Assembly: GCA_963674865.2 (NCBI GenBank)
Contig: CAXXYE010000003.1
Location: forward strand, 288,001 to 352,000
Source: Candidatus Hydrogenedentota bacterium
GTDB lineage: Bacteria; Hydrogenedentota; Hydrogenedentia; Hydrogenedentales; SLHB01
DNA length: 64,000 nucleotides
Direction of reading: 5' to 3'
In this document: one piece after another, positions 1 through 11,400 of the stretch
Position numbering within the stretch: the first letter of the stretch is position 1
How the letters are laid out: every line of letters starts with the position of its first letter
Notes under the pieces: generated by a model
What the model was told of the DNA's origin: nothing
What the model saw: only the letters and a program-made list of their open reading frames with translations
Databases searched by the model: none
Translations under genes and position numbers: made by a program

Positions 1-2
1 AG

Positions 3-179
3 CAGCTTTTCGAGCAGCTGGTCAAGTTGCGTGAAGACCTTAGAGTCGTTTTCATGTCCGGATACACGGATGAAGTCATCGCGGATCATGGTGTGCTTGA
101 CGCAGGCATTCACTTTCTCCAGAAGCCTTTCTCTCCTCGGAGTCTCACGCAAGCCGTGCGCGATGCTCTTGATCAGTGA
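3..179 (+). CDS. C-terminal receiver (REC) domain fragment of a hybrid sensor kinase/response regulator, 5'-truncated by window edge
   Basis: Manual translation QLFEQLVKLREDLRVVFMSGYTDEVIADHGVLDAGIHFLQKPFSPRSLTQAVRDALDQ*; MSGY and FLQKPF are receiver-domain motifs. Confidence 0.85.
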   Translation, partial: QLFEQLVKLREDLRVVFMSGYTDEVIADHGVLDAGIHFLQKPFSPRSLTQAVRDALDQ

Positions 180-345
180 GTCCAACGAAGGCGCTACAGG
201 GGCCCTGTGACTAAGCAAGTCGGCGCGCATCCGCCGCAGCTTTCTCTATCCCCAAGATGGGCGCCCATTGGGCAGGTGCGCCGCCGCGGTTGAGGGGCCA
301 CGTGGCCTTGTGTAGTATGTAACCGTCAACCTGTAGGAGAACGCC

Positions 346-1416
346 GTGAGAACGATCCTGGTAACGGGCGGGGCCGGTTTCGTAGGCTCCTCACTTGCTC
401 TCCGCCTGCGAAGTTCGCGGCCGGATCTTCGTATTGTCGCCTTGGACAATCTCAAGCGCCGGGGCTCGGAGCTGAATCTGCCAAGGCTGCGCCAAGCCGG
501 TGTCGATTTTGTCCACGGGGATATCCGGAATCCCGAAGATCTTCGCGTGCCCGGTTCTGTGGACCTCATTCTCGAATGCAGCGCCGAACCGTCCGTCCTG
601 GCCGGATACGGCGATTCTCCAGCGTACGTTGTCAACACCAACCTGATGGGTACGTCCAACTGCCTCGAACTTGCCCGGCGGCATGAAGCGGGCATCATCT
701 TCTTCTCGACCAGCAGAGTCTATCCGATGAGCGCCATCAACAGCCTGGCGTTCAAAGAGGCCGCCACACGTTTCGTGCTGGACGATGCACAGGGCGTGCC
801 GGGCGTATCCACGGCGGGGCTGAGTGAGGCGTTCCCGCTCGACGGAGTCCGATCTTTGTACGGGGCCACAAAGCTCTGCTCCGAACTACTCCTGCAGGAA
901 TACCTGGACATGTATGGACTGCATGGCGCGATCAATCGCTGCGGCGTCATTACCGGCCCCTGGCAAATGGGGAAGGTGGATCAGGGAGTTGTCGTGCTCT
1001 GGGTGGCCCGCCATGTCTTCGGGGGGGCGTTGAGCTATATTGGCTACGGGGGACAGGGAAAACAGGTGCGGGACATGCTTCACATCGATGACCTGTTCCG
1101 GCTCGTGCTCTATGAGATCGAACACCTGGACACGCTTTCCGGAAGTATTTTCAACGTTGGCGGGGGGCACGCCGTGAGTGTTTCGCTCCAGGAACTCACG
1201 GCAGTCTGCCGTGAGGTAACGGGAGAAGCGTTGGATATTGGGAGCGTTCCGGCCGAGCGCCCCGGCGATGTTCGGTGGTATATCACGGACCACGCGCGTG
1301 TAACGCAAGAGACCGACTGGCGCCCGGAGAAGGATGTTAGGGCAATCGTGACGGACATTCGCGACTGGCTTGTCGCCAACGAGACGGCTCTCCGCCCCAT
1401 TCTTGGTGTGAGCTGA
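346..1416 (+). CDS. NAD-dependent epimerase/dehydratase (extended SDR, CDP-paratose 2-epimerase/RfbE-like)
   Basis: TGGAGFVG Rossmann motif, catalytic YGATK, GKQVRDMLHIDD. Confidence 0.9.
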   Translation: MRTILVTGGAGFVGSSLALRLRSSRPDLRIVALDNLKRRGSELNLPRLRQAGVDFVHGDIRNPEDLRVPGSVDLILECSAEPSVLAGYGDSPAYVVNTNLMGTSNCLELARRHEAGIIFFSTSRVYPMSAINSLAFKEAATRFVLDDAQGVPGVSTAGLSEAFPLDGVRSLYGATKLCSELLLQEYLDMYGLHGAINRCGVITGPWQMGKVDQGVVVLWVARHVFGGALSYIGYGGQGKQVRDMLHIDDLFRLVLYEIEHLDTLSGSIFNVGGGHAVSVSLQELTAVCREVTGEALDIGSVPAERPGDVRWYITDHARVTQETDWRPEKDVRAIVTDIRDWLVANETALRPILGVS

Positions 1417-1451
1417 CCTGCGCGGAGGAGGACGGGGCTCGCCCGTAGTCT

Positions 1452-2348
1452 TCACGGGCGGGCAGCAAGATCCACTATTGCCTCAAGGCTCTTTCTCGCG
1501 GCAGCGTCCATGTTTCGCTCCGCCCCGCCGCCGCGAAGCGGTGAGCACATCTCGTAGGCCACGTGGCCGGAGAAGCCGCCTTCTTTCAGTCCCGAGAAGA
1601 ACCCCTCGAGGTCCAAGAAGCCCTCGCCAAGAGGAACGGCAAGCACGCGTTCGGGCATCGGCCGATAGGTCACCAAGCCCGGCGAATAGCAGAATCTCCG
1701 AAGCTTCACATAGTCGGCAAGCGTTGTCTGAACCATCCGCGGGGCAAGTTCTCGGGCGCAAGCTCGCAAGTCATCTCCGTGTAGTGCCGGGGCCCACGGA
1801 TCAAACATGGCGCGGCAATTGCGGTGGTCCACATCGTCGAGGAACTCGGCGAAGGATTCCCACGCCACGCCGATGTCGTGGTGGTTCTGTACGCCGAGGG
1901 TCACACCATAAGTCTCGGCCACGGCGGCGCATTCGCGGATAGCCACAACACACCGATCCCAATCGCTGCGGTATGCGTCGGGATCGGTCGAGTAGCCCGT
2001 AAACACACGGACGTTCTTAGCCCCCAGCCGGATGGCCATGGCTGACAGCGACTGGACATAGGCCACTTGCATCTCAACGAAGGGCACCTCCGCGGCGTTT
2101 TTCCCCGATGTGAAGTCCGTGTAGCCCGCGATGGTGGCTATCTCGACGCCGCATTCAGCGGCAGTTTCCGCCAGCGTGTCCAACAGAGGATCGTCAGCGT
2201 CCACGACGGAGAGATGCGGCCGCTTCCCCATAATCTCGACTGCGGAATAGCCCAATGCCGCCGCCCTCTGAATAAACGATGGCAGGTCCAGGCGTGTCTG
2301 GCCCCACAGTCCGGCATAGCTTACTGAGAAGAGCGTCGGCGTCATCAT
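1452..2348 (-). CDS. Sugar phosphate isomerase/epimerase (xylose isomerase-like TIM barrel)
   Basis: LGYSAVE, LGAKNVRVF, QNHHD, PLGEGFLD, GFSGHVAYE pattern of the AP_endonuc_2 family. Confidence 0.8.
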   Translation of the reverse strand: MMTPTLFSVSYAGLWGQTRLDLPSFIQRAAALGYSAVEIMGKRPHLSVVDADDPLLDTLAETAAECGVEIATIAGYTDFTSGKNAAEVPFVEMQVAYVQSLSAMAIRLGAKNVRVFTGYSTDPDAYRSDWDRCVVAIRECAAVAETYGVTLGVQNHHDIGVAWESFAEFLDDVDHRNCRAMFDPWAPALHGDDLRACARELAPRMVQTTLADYVKLRRFCYSPGLVTYRPMPERVLAVPLGEGFLDLEGFFSGLKEGGFSGHVAYEMCSPLRGGGAERNMDAAARKSLEAIVDLAARP

Positions 2349-2399
2349 AATCTTCCCACCCTCCTTGTCGGGCGCATCCTTAGGCAGGCCACTCGTCCC

Positions 2400-3257
2400 C
2401 TACGCGTCGGTTTCCTTCGGCCCGGATTGTGCCTTTGTCTCCGATATCGAACTCGTGGCCATCAGATCATCTCGAATGAGGAGCGATTCGAACCAGATCT
2501 TCAGCAGCGTACACAGGTAGCGCCGGCCCATCTCTTTGAGCCGCAGATTTGATGACCCCCAAGTCCGCCCCGACCAGGATAGCGGCAGCGTAGCAATCGC
2601 GTAGCGCCTTATCAGAGCGGACAGCGACATCTCGATGGTGATGTTGAAATGGGCGGCCTGTAAGGGGCTTATGCTCTCTATTACGTGGCGTCGGTATACC
2701 TTGAACGCATTGGTGAGGTCATTGTGGGGCGTGAGAAATAGGACTCGCAGCATGTTGTTGACGATGCGGTTGACGATGAGCTTGACCTTTGGATAGGCCG
2801 TCACCTTGCTTCCCTTGATGAATCGGGAGCCGAATGCGCAGTCGTATCCCTTCTCGATCTCCCGGTAGCATGCGACGACGTCCTCCGGGGCGTCGGAAAG
2901 GTCTGCCATAACGATGGCCACAACTTCGCCCGAGTAATGCTCCAGGCCGCAGCGGATCGCTCGTCCGAGACCTCCCGGCGGCTTGTTGTTGACAAGCCTG
3001 AGTTCGGGAAAGTGGTCCTTCTCGGCCTCGAGAATCGCGGCCGTGCTGTCCGTGCTGTTGTCGTTCACGACCACCAGTTCGAAGGGTATGCGTTCACCGC
3101 GGAGAGCGTGCGCCATCGCGGTTGCCGTCGGCACAATATTGCGCTCCTCATTGAACGCGGGGATGACGACTGAGTAGAGGAGCGTGTTCGGCGGAATAGG
3201 CTCGAGGCTGGACGTCCGGCCTGAAAGCGCGCCCCTAGGCTCTGGCTTCGAGGCCAT
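2400..3257 (-). CDS. GT2 glycosyltransferase, polyprenol/dolichol-phosphate mannosyltransferase-like
   Basis: [37 protein letters not shown]; start set at ATG 3257, overlapping the upstream epimerase stop. Confidence 0.88.
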   Translation of the reverse strand: MASKPEPRGALSGRTSSLEPIPPNTLLYSVVIPAFNEERNIVPTATAMAHALRGERIPFELVVVNDNSTDSTAAILEAEKDHFPELRLVNNKPPGGLGRAIRCGLEHYSGEVVAIVMADLSDAPEDVVACYREIEKGYDCAFGSRFIKGSKVTAYPKVKLIVNRIVNNMLRVLFLTPHNDLTNAFKVYRRHVIESISPLQAAHFNITIEMSLSALIRRYAIATLPLSWSGRTWGSSNLRLKEMGRRYLCTLLKIWFESLLIRDDLMATSSISETKAQSGPKETDA

Positions 3258-4296
3258 GATAAATCTCCTCAAGGATTGCCTGGAGATCGTACTTGTATTG
3301 CCAATCGGGATAATGGCTCTGGAACTTGCGCACATCGCTGATCCACCAGACGTGATCGCCGATGCGATTGTCCTCGACGTAGGTGGTCTTCATCGCCCGC
3401 CCCGTTAGCGCTTCACATAGACGGACCGCCTCCCGAAGCGAGCAGTTGCTGTGGCGGCTCCCGCCCATGTTGTACGCCTCGCCTGCGCGCGGCCTCTTGT
3501 AGAACTGGAAGAAGCATTCGACCAGGTCGGCCGAGTGGATATTGTCACGTACCTGCTTACCCTTGTATCCGAAGATGCGATACTCGCGGCCCGTGACGGC
3601 GCACTTCATCAAATAGGCTAAGAACCCATGCAGTTCCGCGCCGGAATGCCCCGGGCCCGTGAGGCAGCCGCCGCGGAAACAGGCCGTCCTCATCTCCCAG
3701 TATCGCCCGTATTCCTGCACCATCACGTCGGCGGCCACTTTCGAAGCACCGAACACGGAGTGCTTTGTCTGGTCGATGGACATGGACTCGTCGATACCGT
3801 GTTCCGCGTAGGGATGCGTGTCCTCCACCTCCCATCGATCTTCGAGTTCGATCAAGGGCAGCCGGTTTGGCGTATCCCCGTAGACCTTATTCGTCGATGT
3901 GAAGATGAAAGGCGCCTCCGGGCAGTGCTTGCGAGTCAGTTCGAGTAGGTTGAGGGTGCCATTAGCATTTACGGTGAAGTCCGTGATGGGCTCCTTAGCG
4001 GCCCAATCATGGCTAGGCTGCGCGGCCGTGTGGACGACTAGTTCGATCGCTCCCGCGTACTCCTCGAAAAGCCGTCCGAGCGTTTCGTAATCTCGAATAT
4101 CAATCGCATGATGGCGGTAACCTACCACCTCTTCCTGGAGGCGATCGGAAGACCACTTCGTCGATGCCTCTTTGCCGAAGAAGTACGCGCGCATATCGTT
4201 GTCGATGCCCGCGACGGTGAGCCCCTCCCGCGCAAAGCGGCGCACTGCTTCCGCGCCGACCAGTCCCCCTGCCCCCGTAACGATCGCTACTCCCAT
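3235..4296 (-). CDS. NAD-dependent epimerase/dehydratase (RfbE-like) with FxxxK in place of YxxxK
   Basis: [41 protein letters not shown]. Confidence 0.9.
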   Translation of the reverse strand: MGVAIVTGAGGLVGAEAVRRFAREGLTVAGIDNDMRAYFFGKEASTKWSSDRLQEEVVGYRHHAIDIRDYETLGRLFEEYAGAIELVVHTAAQPSHDWAAKEPITDFTVNANGTLNLLELTRKHCPEAPFIFTSTNKVYGDTPNRLPLIELEDRWEVEDTHPYAEHGIDESMSIDQTKHSVFGASKVAADVMVQEYGRYWEMRTACFRGGCLTGPGHSGAELHGFLAYLMKCAVTGREYRIFGYKGKQVRDNIHSADLVECFFQFYKRPRAGEAYNMGGSRHSNCSLREAVRLCEALTGRAMKTTYVEDNRIGDHVWWISDVRKFQSHYPDWQYKYDLQAILEEIYHGLEARA

Positions 4297-4390
4297 CGCC
4301 CTTCCCTTTTTGCGCGCCGCCCAAGCCGAAGCAATGCGTTCTCAACACATGACAAGACGAAATCGCGCCTTACGCGACTCCGCAGGCTTC

Positions 4391-5665
4391 TCACGAAATA
4401 CCGGGCCGCACCATGTCCGGCCAGTCTTCCTTGAACACGAAGAAATTGACGCCGTTGGCGCCACTCTTACGCACGAGGTCCGCCGTCTTCGACATAAGCG
4501 GATCATCGATGTAGATGATAGGCGCGAGTTCCTTATCGGGGCCGATGAGCGCCCGCGCGAGCGCAGTCTGATGGCCCACGGCTTCCGGCGGAAGCGCCGT
4601 TTGAACCTCCTTGATGGTTCGCTCTTTCACGATATCGGCAAGGCTGGCCCAAGCCAGGATCAAGCCCATCGCGGTGGCTTCGGCCGGGGACTCGGCAAGG
4701 CCCAACTCCTCAGGGATCGCTGTCAGTTCCCAGTTGAGGCAGGCGGGCCCGGGCCGATCCGGATAATTGCGGTAGATCATAGGCGCGAACACATCCATGA
4801 TTTCGCACAAGTCCGCATAGGACTGTCCCACTAACGGTGCTACAGAGGGCGTGAAGATGTAGACGCCCGTGCGTTTCCCGCCGTCATGAATGACTTTGCA
4901 GACGTCCCGGAAATGCTCCGTGGCACACATCCGCCTGAACTGGAGCCATGTCACAACGCCCGGGTGAGCTGCCATCCATTCGAGCACGCCGGCGGGCGTC
5001 GCAAGCCACAGGGCGCCTCTGCTGCCCGCCTGCTTGTTGACGACGGCATCATAAAGAGCCTTCACGTCGCGCTTCATCGCATCGAAGTCGAGGCCCAGCG
5101 TGTTTGCCTTTGCCTTGCAGGTATCGCAGAAGCACGTGAAGTACGGATTGAGGCCCGAAGCGGGGGACGCGAAGCGGCACCCGTCCACGAGGATGCCTTT
5201 CACGCCGTCCGTGGCGGCCATGCCCTTATAGGACTTGATGTTCTCCTCTCGGAGTGTCGGGTGATTGGGACAGCCGGAGCCGAACCAGATTTGGGGCTTC
5301 CCCGATAGGTCCTTCGCCTTGAAGGAATCATCATCCTTGTGACTCCCGAGGCCGAACGCGCCTCCGCAGAGCCAGGCTTCCATCCCTGCTGCGTTAACGG
5401 CGTCGATGACAGCCGCGCCGCCGGCCACGACCACGTCGAATCCGGCCTCCTTGAAGGCCGCGGCCGTCTTCTTGGGATCATCTCCCCCAAATCCATGCAT
5501 CCAGTATTTGCATCCGCTCACTGGGCGCTCCTCCTCGCGTGCCTCGGCGTCTCCTTCATTTCCTTGGGCCACGGATGAACCACCGGCGGCCAGATGAACC
5601 GCCCCGGCTGCGGCTACACCCAAGAAAGTACGCCTTGCCACCTTGCCGGCCTCGGGCTCTTCCAT
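4391..5665 (-). CDS. Tat-exported putative glycoside hydrolase-like TIM-barrel protein
   Basis: ARRTFLG twin-arginine signal; CPNHP, GILVDGCRF, CFCDTC and PMIY motifs typical of GHL-like proteins; start chosen at ATG with GGGAGGGG RBS. Confidence 0.6.
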   Translation of the reverse strand: MEEPEAGKVARRTFLGVAAAGAVHLAAGGSSVAQGNEGDAEAREEERPVSGCKYWMHGFGGDDPKKTAAAFKEAGFDVVVAGGAAVIDAVNAAGMEAWLCGGAFGLGSHKDDDSFKAKDLSGKPQIWFGSGCPNHPTLREENIKSYKGMAATDGVKGILVDGCRFASPASGLNPYFTCFCDTCKAKANTLGLDFDAMKRDVKALYDAVVNKQAGSRGALWLATPAGVLEWMAAHPGVVTWLQFRRMCATEHFRDVCKVIHDGGKRTGVYIFTPSVAPLVGQSYADLCEIMDVFAPMIYRNYPDRPGPACLNWELTAIPEELGLAESPAEATAMGLILAWASLADIVKERTIKEVQTALPPEAVGHQTALARALIGPDKELAPIIYIDDPLMSKTADLVRKSGANGVNFFVFKEDWPDMVRPGIS

Positions 5666-5777
5666 GACGAATCTCCCCTCCCATGCTGACAACGTACCAT
5701 GGTGTACCACGCGCAGAGCGCAAAAAACAACGACATACTCCCCCAGCAGTCACGCTACAAGATGCGTCGCGCCGCGA

Positions 5778-6449
5778 CTAACGAGCCGCAGTGACGCTGG
5801 AGTCCACGAACCACTCGGCATCTTTCACCCGGCCCGCCGGATGCAAACCCCGCTGCGCTTCGGCGAAGACGGCGGCCTTATCCGCTCCTTGCACCAAAAA
5901 CCAGCGGCGCTTTGCGGCATTGAGGACGGGGAACGTCAGCGTGACTCTGGACGTCTTTAGTGCGGGCACCTCGTTATTCACGACTGCCCGCTCGGCTTCT
6001 TCAAGCGCATCCGTGCTGGGGAACAGAGAGGCCGTGTGCCCGTCCGCGCCCAAACCCAAGATCACCAGGTCAAACACGGGAACGCCGGCCGTATTGAGCG
6101 GCACAAGGCGCCGCAGCAAGCGTTCATAGTCCTCCGCTCCGAGAGGGCGCTCGGCCTCCATGCGGTGGGCGCGCACCTCGGATACTCGGGCGAGAATGGT
6201 GTCTGCCAACAGCGTCCAGTTCGATTCCTCGTGTCCAGGCGGAACGGGCCGCTCGTCAACTTGAAACAGTGTGAGGCGATGCCACGGGACTTGAGACTTG
6301 TAGACGGTGGCCAGCAGCATGTACAGCTCGTGCGGTGTTCGCCCTCCCGAAACGGCGATGTTCCCTTTGTCCAGATTATTGGCCAAGGCCACGAAGCGCC
6401 GTGCAAGAGCCTCCGCGGGGCGATCGCTCACGTGAACCTGCGCCCCCAT
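5778..6449 (-). CDS. pgl: 6-phosphogluconolactonase
   Basis: SGGRTP, FQVDERPVPP, ESN, LGLGADGHTASLFP, RVTLT motifs. Confidence 0.93.
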   Translation of the reverse strand: MGAQVHVSDRPAEALARRFVALANNLDKGNIAVSGGRTPHELYMLLATVYKSQVPWHRLTLFQVDERPVPPGHEESNWTLLADTILARVSEVRAHRMEAERPLGAEDYERLLRRLVPLNTAGVPVFDLVILGLGADGHTASLFPSTDALEEAERAVVNNEVPALKTSRVTLTFPVLNAAKRRWFLVQGADKAAVFAEAQRGLHPAGRVKDAEWFVDSSVTAAR

Positions 6450-6450
6450 G

Positions 6451-8187
6451 CTAGTTGCCCTCCTTGCGGTATCGGCGCCGGGCAGCGGCGGCTAGGAGCA
6501 ATGCGAGCGTCGCGGCAATCGTCGAGAGATCTCCCATTGCGGCACTCGCCGAACGCTGTTGTGCAGTGTCATTCACTCCCGAACAACCTGCCGCGGGCGC
6601 GGAATAGTCGCACCAGATAGGGGAAGAAGCGGCCTCGTCATTCCTGCCGTCTCCATCATTATCGTCAGTTTGCCTGACGATGACGTAGTAGTAATCGGCT
6701 CCGGAGGACTCCTCGTCGGAGAAGTGCACAGAGAACGCGTTCCCGCTAACAGGCGCTATCTCAAGCAGATCCCCATTCCGATAGAGCCGTACCTCCTCGA
6801 AGAAATCGCCGCTGTTGTCATGAGCGGCGACCTCGAACTCGCGCTGCACACCGGTTAGGCGCGAACCCATGGGATATCCCTGGCAGCGGAAGTCCAGGCA
6901 TAGATCCTTATCTTCCGTGCAGTAGAAACGCCGCTTCTTGTAGGCATCAACGATCGCCTCGCGCGTCAGATCCTCGGCGAGCACCGCCGTCCTGAACTGG
7001 TTCCGCGTACCCCAGTCGCCGCCATGATTGTCTTGCCCGGCAAGCGGGCCCAGATGCCACCCTTGCCGGTTGCCGGCATCCCAGTAGCTGCAGGCGCTAT
7101 CCCAACTACCATCGTAGTAGTAGCGATCCAGCCCGTCGCTCTTGTTCAGGAGTTCGATGCCCACCATTTGCGGGATGGCGCGGGCGGAGGGGCGGAGGTG
7201 CATGAATTCCAGTCCGAGATCATCTTGTCGGCCGGGGTGATTGAAGCGGCCAAAGGCTTCCGGGCGTCTACTTAGCCAGCGAAACAGCCCCTTCAAGCGT
7301 GGGGTGATGAAGGCGTTCGTGAAATCCTGAGAGTTGAGGATGTTGACGTGCCCCCAGATGGGATTTGTCCACTCAAATCCCCAGAGCGTCACATAGCTCC
7401 CCGGCGCATAGGTTTGCTCCGCCACGTCCACCAGCTCAGCCCATTTGTTTTCCCAAGGCCAAGAGACGAGTTGCTCGGCGTGATCCGTAAGGGCGAAGAA
7501 ATCCATGCCGCCTTGATCGCGCGCATACGTGTAGGCGTCGAAAGCTGTGCCGTTGCCGTCCGAAAGGGCGCTGTGAGCGTGCAAGTAGCCAAAATACGTG
7601 TTGTACGCTACACCCGCTTCGTAAGACGGTGTTGTCGCGTGTGTTGGCAAGGGAGAAACATCAAGGCCTTTCTCCTCCGGCGGGAGTGATTCCGCGACAC
7701 TCGTCCAAGAGAGCCGCGAAAGTCGGCGCGCCACAGCCGCCACGTCCGGCGTCGCTCTGAAATTCGAGCTAGAGATCTGTTCCAGCAAGACTCGGCAGTG
7801 CTCCCACGAGAGAGAGGTCTCTCGCCCCCTCATCGCCTGGGAAAGCGCCCTGCTTCGGCTTATGCTTGTGCGCTCTCGAAGATCGCGGAGCAACAGGTAC
7901 TCATCAGGCATCGGCTCCCTATCCTGCGTCAGTCTGTAAGTGAGCACTACGTGCTCGTCCCACGAGACGGCCTTGGCGTAGCCAGGTGAATCGAGGAAGG
8001 CCGCCAAGCTCTGTAAGCGACTCCTCACTTCCTCCTGCTCGTCCGCCGACAGGCCCTTGTCAGCTGAGGGGCAACCGGCCAGCACAAGCATGAGAGAGGC
8101 CACTGTCCCACGTAGAAGTGCTCTGGAGGATTGCCTTTGCCGCCAGCCGGCGCGTAGTGCCCCAAAGTCAATAGGCCGGCCGGGCAT
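6451..8187 (-). CDS. PHP-domain (CehA/McbA-like) metallohydrolase with lipoprotein signal and C-terminal membrane/sorting tail
   Basis: LVLAGC lipobox; HAHSALSDG, LTDH, GFEWT, GHVN, NHPG, QDNH metal ligands; SSPIW end of Ig-like domain; hydrophobic and basic C-terminus; start uncertain. Confidence 0.8.
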   Translation of the reverse strand: MPGRPIDFGALRAGWRQRQSSRALLRGTVASLMLVLAGCPSADKGLSADEQEEVRSRLQSLAAFLDSPGYAKAVSWDEHVVLTYRLTQDREPMPDEYLLLRDLRERTSISRSRALSQAMRGRETSLSWEHCRVLLEQISSSNFRATPDVAAVARRLSRLSWTSVAESLPPEEKGLDVSPLPTHATTPSYEAGVAYNTYFGYLHAHSALSDGNGTAFDAYTYARDQGGMDFFALTDHAEQLVSWPWENKWAELVDVAEQTYAPGSYVTLWGFEWTNPIWGHVNILNSQDFTNAFITPRLKGLFRWLSRRPEAFGRFNHPGRQDDLGLEFMHLRPSARAIPQMVGIELLNKSDGLDRYYYDGSWDSACSYWDAGNRQGWHLGPLAGQDNHGGDWGTRNQFRTAVLAEDLTREAIVDAYKKRRFYCTEDKDLCLDFRCQGYPMGSRLTGVQREFEVAAHDNSGDFFEEVRLYRNGDLLEIAPVSGNAFSVHFSDEESSGADYYYVIVRQTDDNDGDGRNDEAASSPIWCDYSAPAAGCSGVNDTAQQRSASAAMGDLSTIAATLALLLAAAARRRYRKEGN

Positions 8188-8451
8188 AATGATGTTTCTA
8201 CGCATTGTTATCATGTGCGCTATGGTCGATCGTCCGTGATTTGGGCAGGACAACTACACCTCTCGCGTTTCCTGCAATATACGCCTCCGAAGACATGATA
8301 GGTGAGGCGGGTGGGATGCGCCAAACGTTGCGGCCGGCGATATCAAGTCGTTAACATGACAACACGTTTGAGAGTCTCCGAGCGTACATTGCCGCGTTGG
8401 CGGACACGGCTTCAACAGGCGTACGGAGTGCACACTTCGGGAGGAATTCGT

Positions 8452-11400
8452 GTGGCACGAAAGACTGCACGGAGCTTCGGCATAGGCGGGGTGGCCTTAG
8501 TCCTTTTCTTACTCGGCCCCGTTGTCGCCTATCCGGCCGAGACGCCTCTGCCCGAGGCCACGGCGCGGCAGTCCGTCCTCATTCTGAATTCCTATCACAG
8601 GGGCCTTCAGTGGTCGGATGACATTGTCCGAGGGATTGAGGCCGCCCTGCCCGCCGAAGTGGATCTCACTGTTGAGTACATGGACACGAAGGTTTACGCG
8701 ACGCCGGAGTACTTTCGCCTCCTTGGCACTCTTTACGCCCACAAGTATAGGCGTCGCCGATTCGACTGCATCGTTTCCACGGATGATAATGCTTTTCAGT
8801 TCCTCCTTGAGCACCGCGACACTCTTTTTCCCGATACGCCCGTCGTCTTTTGCGGCGTAAATGATTTCAGCGACAATATGCTTGTTGGGCACCAGGATTT
8901 CACCGGCTTGGTGGAGACGCTGGACATTCGCGATAGCATCGAGGTGGGCCTCCGGCTCCGGCCCCGTGCGAAGCATGTGTTGCTGGTCACGGACAACACG
9001 GTGAGTGGCCGGAGCAACCGGCGCTATCTTGAGGCGCTTGCCCGGGCGGCAACCATACCGGCTGAACTCGTCTTTCTCGACGAGGGTGAAGGATTGGATG
9101 TTCCGGAGCTTCTGCACAAACTCGAAGCGGCGCCGCGCGACAGCATTGTCTACTACTGCGACCTCTTCCGGGACAAGCACGGAGCCCTTGTACGACATGA
9201 GCGGACGCTGCCTCTCCTGAGCTACCGAGGCGGACTGCCGATCTTTAGCCAGTCCAGCATCTATCTTGGGCACGGTATCGTGGGCGGTAAGCTCATCAGC
9301 GGCTACTACCAGGGCGAAATGGCCGGGGGTATGGCTGCGCGGATCCTAGGCGGCGAGCCCGCCTCCGAGATACCCATACAGCGCAGAGAAGCAAACAAGT
9401 ACATGTTCGATTACCGCAAACTCCAGCGATGGGGCATTCCGCTTTCTGCTATTCCCAAGGAGAGCATCGTCGTCAATGAACCCACCTCCCTTTACCACAC
9501 CCACCGCGGCGCCATCTGGGCCACTGCGGCGTTTCTGTTGTTGCAGTCTATCGTTATCGTCGGACTTGTCCTGAGTGTGGTGCTGCGGCGCCGCGCGGAG
9601 CGAGAGCTGCGCGAGAACCGGCGCCGGCTGGCCACGCTCATGAGTAATCTTCCCGGAATGGCGTACCGCTGCCGCGATGATCCCGATTGGACGATGGAGT
9701 TTGTCAGTGAAGGGTGTTTGGCACTTACCGGATATCAAGCGCCTGATCTCATAGGCAGTCGGCGCATTTCCTACGCGGAGGTAATTCACCCCGATGACAG
9801 GGAGCGTGTGTCCCAAGAGGCCCGAGCGGCTATCGACGCCCGGGAGCCCTTCACCCTCGTCTATAGGATCGTCACCGCAGCCAGCGAAGAGCGCCACGTT
9901 TGGGAGCAGGGGCGCGCCGTAACATCATCCGCCGGTGAGGTCCTTGCGCTTGAGGGATTCATTATTGACATCAGCGAGCGGGCAGTGGCCGAGCGCAGGA
10001 TCCGCGAAAGCGAGAGGCGCGTGCGGACCATCCTTGAGACGGCAAAAGAAGGCTATGTCGAGATCAGTCCTGGCTGGGATATACGCGTTGTAAATCCGGA
10101 GATGTGCGCGATTCTCGGGCGTGAGGCGTCTGGTATTGTCGGCCACCGCCTCCATGAGTTTGCCGACGCACGAAGCCGTGAAGCCCTCCTCCGCGAAGAA
10201 GAGGAGAGCATCGGCGTGCAGCGAGGCACGTATGAGGTGACCTTCCAGCGTCCGGACAAGACGAAGGTCCCCTGCCTCATCAATGCTACGCCGCTCTTTG
10301 ATGACGCCGGGCAGCCGCAGGGGGCGTTCGGCATGGTGTCTGATGTTACAGGCCTTAAGCAGGCGCAAGAAAGGCTCGGGCTCTTTGTTACGCACGCCCC
10401 GGCGGCTATGGCCATGTTCGACAGAGAGATGAGGTATCTTGTCGTCAGCCAGCGCTGGCGCGAGATGTACGATCTTGGCGAGACGCCGCTCATCGGCAAG
10501 TCACATTACGACATGTTCCCGGAACTTCCCGACAGGCACCGCAGTGACTGCCTGCGGGCGTTGGGGGGTGAAGTCGTCACGTGCGAAGAGGAGCCCTATC
10601 GCAAGAAGAGCGGGGCGATGGAGTGGATTCGCTGGGAGATTCATCCTTGGCACGACGATACAGACGATATCGCCGGCGTCATCATGATCCATGAGGTCAT
10701 CACCCAACGCAGGCGGGCCGAGGCAGAGCGCCGCAAATTGGAGACCCAGATTCAACAGGCGCAGAAGCTCGAGAGTCTGGGCGTCCTGGCGGGAGGCATT
10801 GCCCACGACTTCAACAATTTGCTCATGGGCATCCTCGGCAACGCCAGCTTTGCCTTGGAAGATCTTTCTCGGGACTCGCCACTCTACGAAAGCGTCGAAG
10901 AGATCGAGCAGGCTGGGCGGCGGGCGGCCGACCTTACACAACAACTTCTAGCTTACTCAGGCAAGGGACGCTTCATCGTCGAGGTCGTCGATCTAAACGA
11001 AGTGGTTCAGGAAATGGCCCACTTGCTGCGTGTTCCTATCGGGACAAAGAGCCAGTTGCAGTGTGATTTTTCCGACGAAGGCGTGTACATCAAGGCGGAC
11101 GCAACGCAGATCCGCCAAGTGGTAATGAATCTGATCACGAACGCCTCCGAAGCCCAGGATAACAGGCCCGGCGTCATCACCGTGACCACGGGCGCGGTCG
11201 AGTGCGATCGGGACTACCTGGCGGACACGCTTGTGGGTGAGGACTTGGTTGAGGGCCGGTACGCCTTTATCGAGGTCCGCGATACAGGATGTGGCATGGA
11301 CGAGACTACGCTCGATAGGATTTTCGACCCGTTCTTCACCACCAAGTTCGCGGGGCGAGGGCTCGGTTTGGCCGCTGTCTTGGGCATTGTGCGAGGGCAC

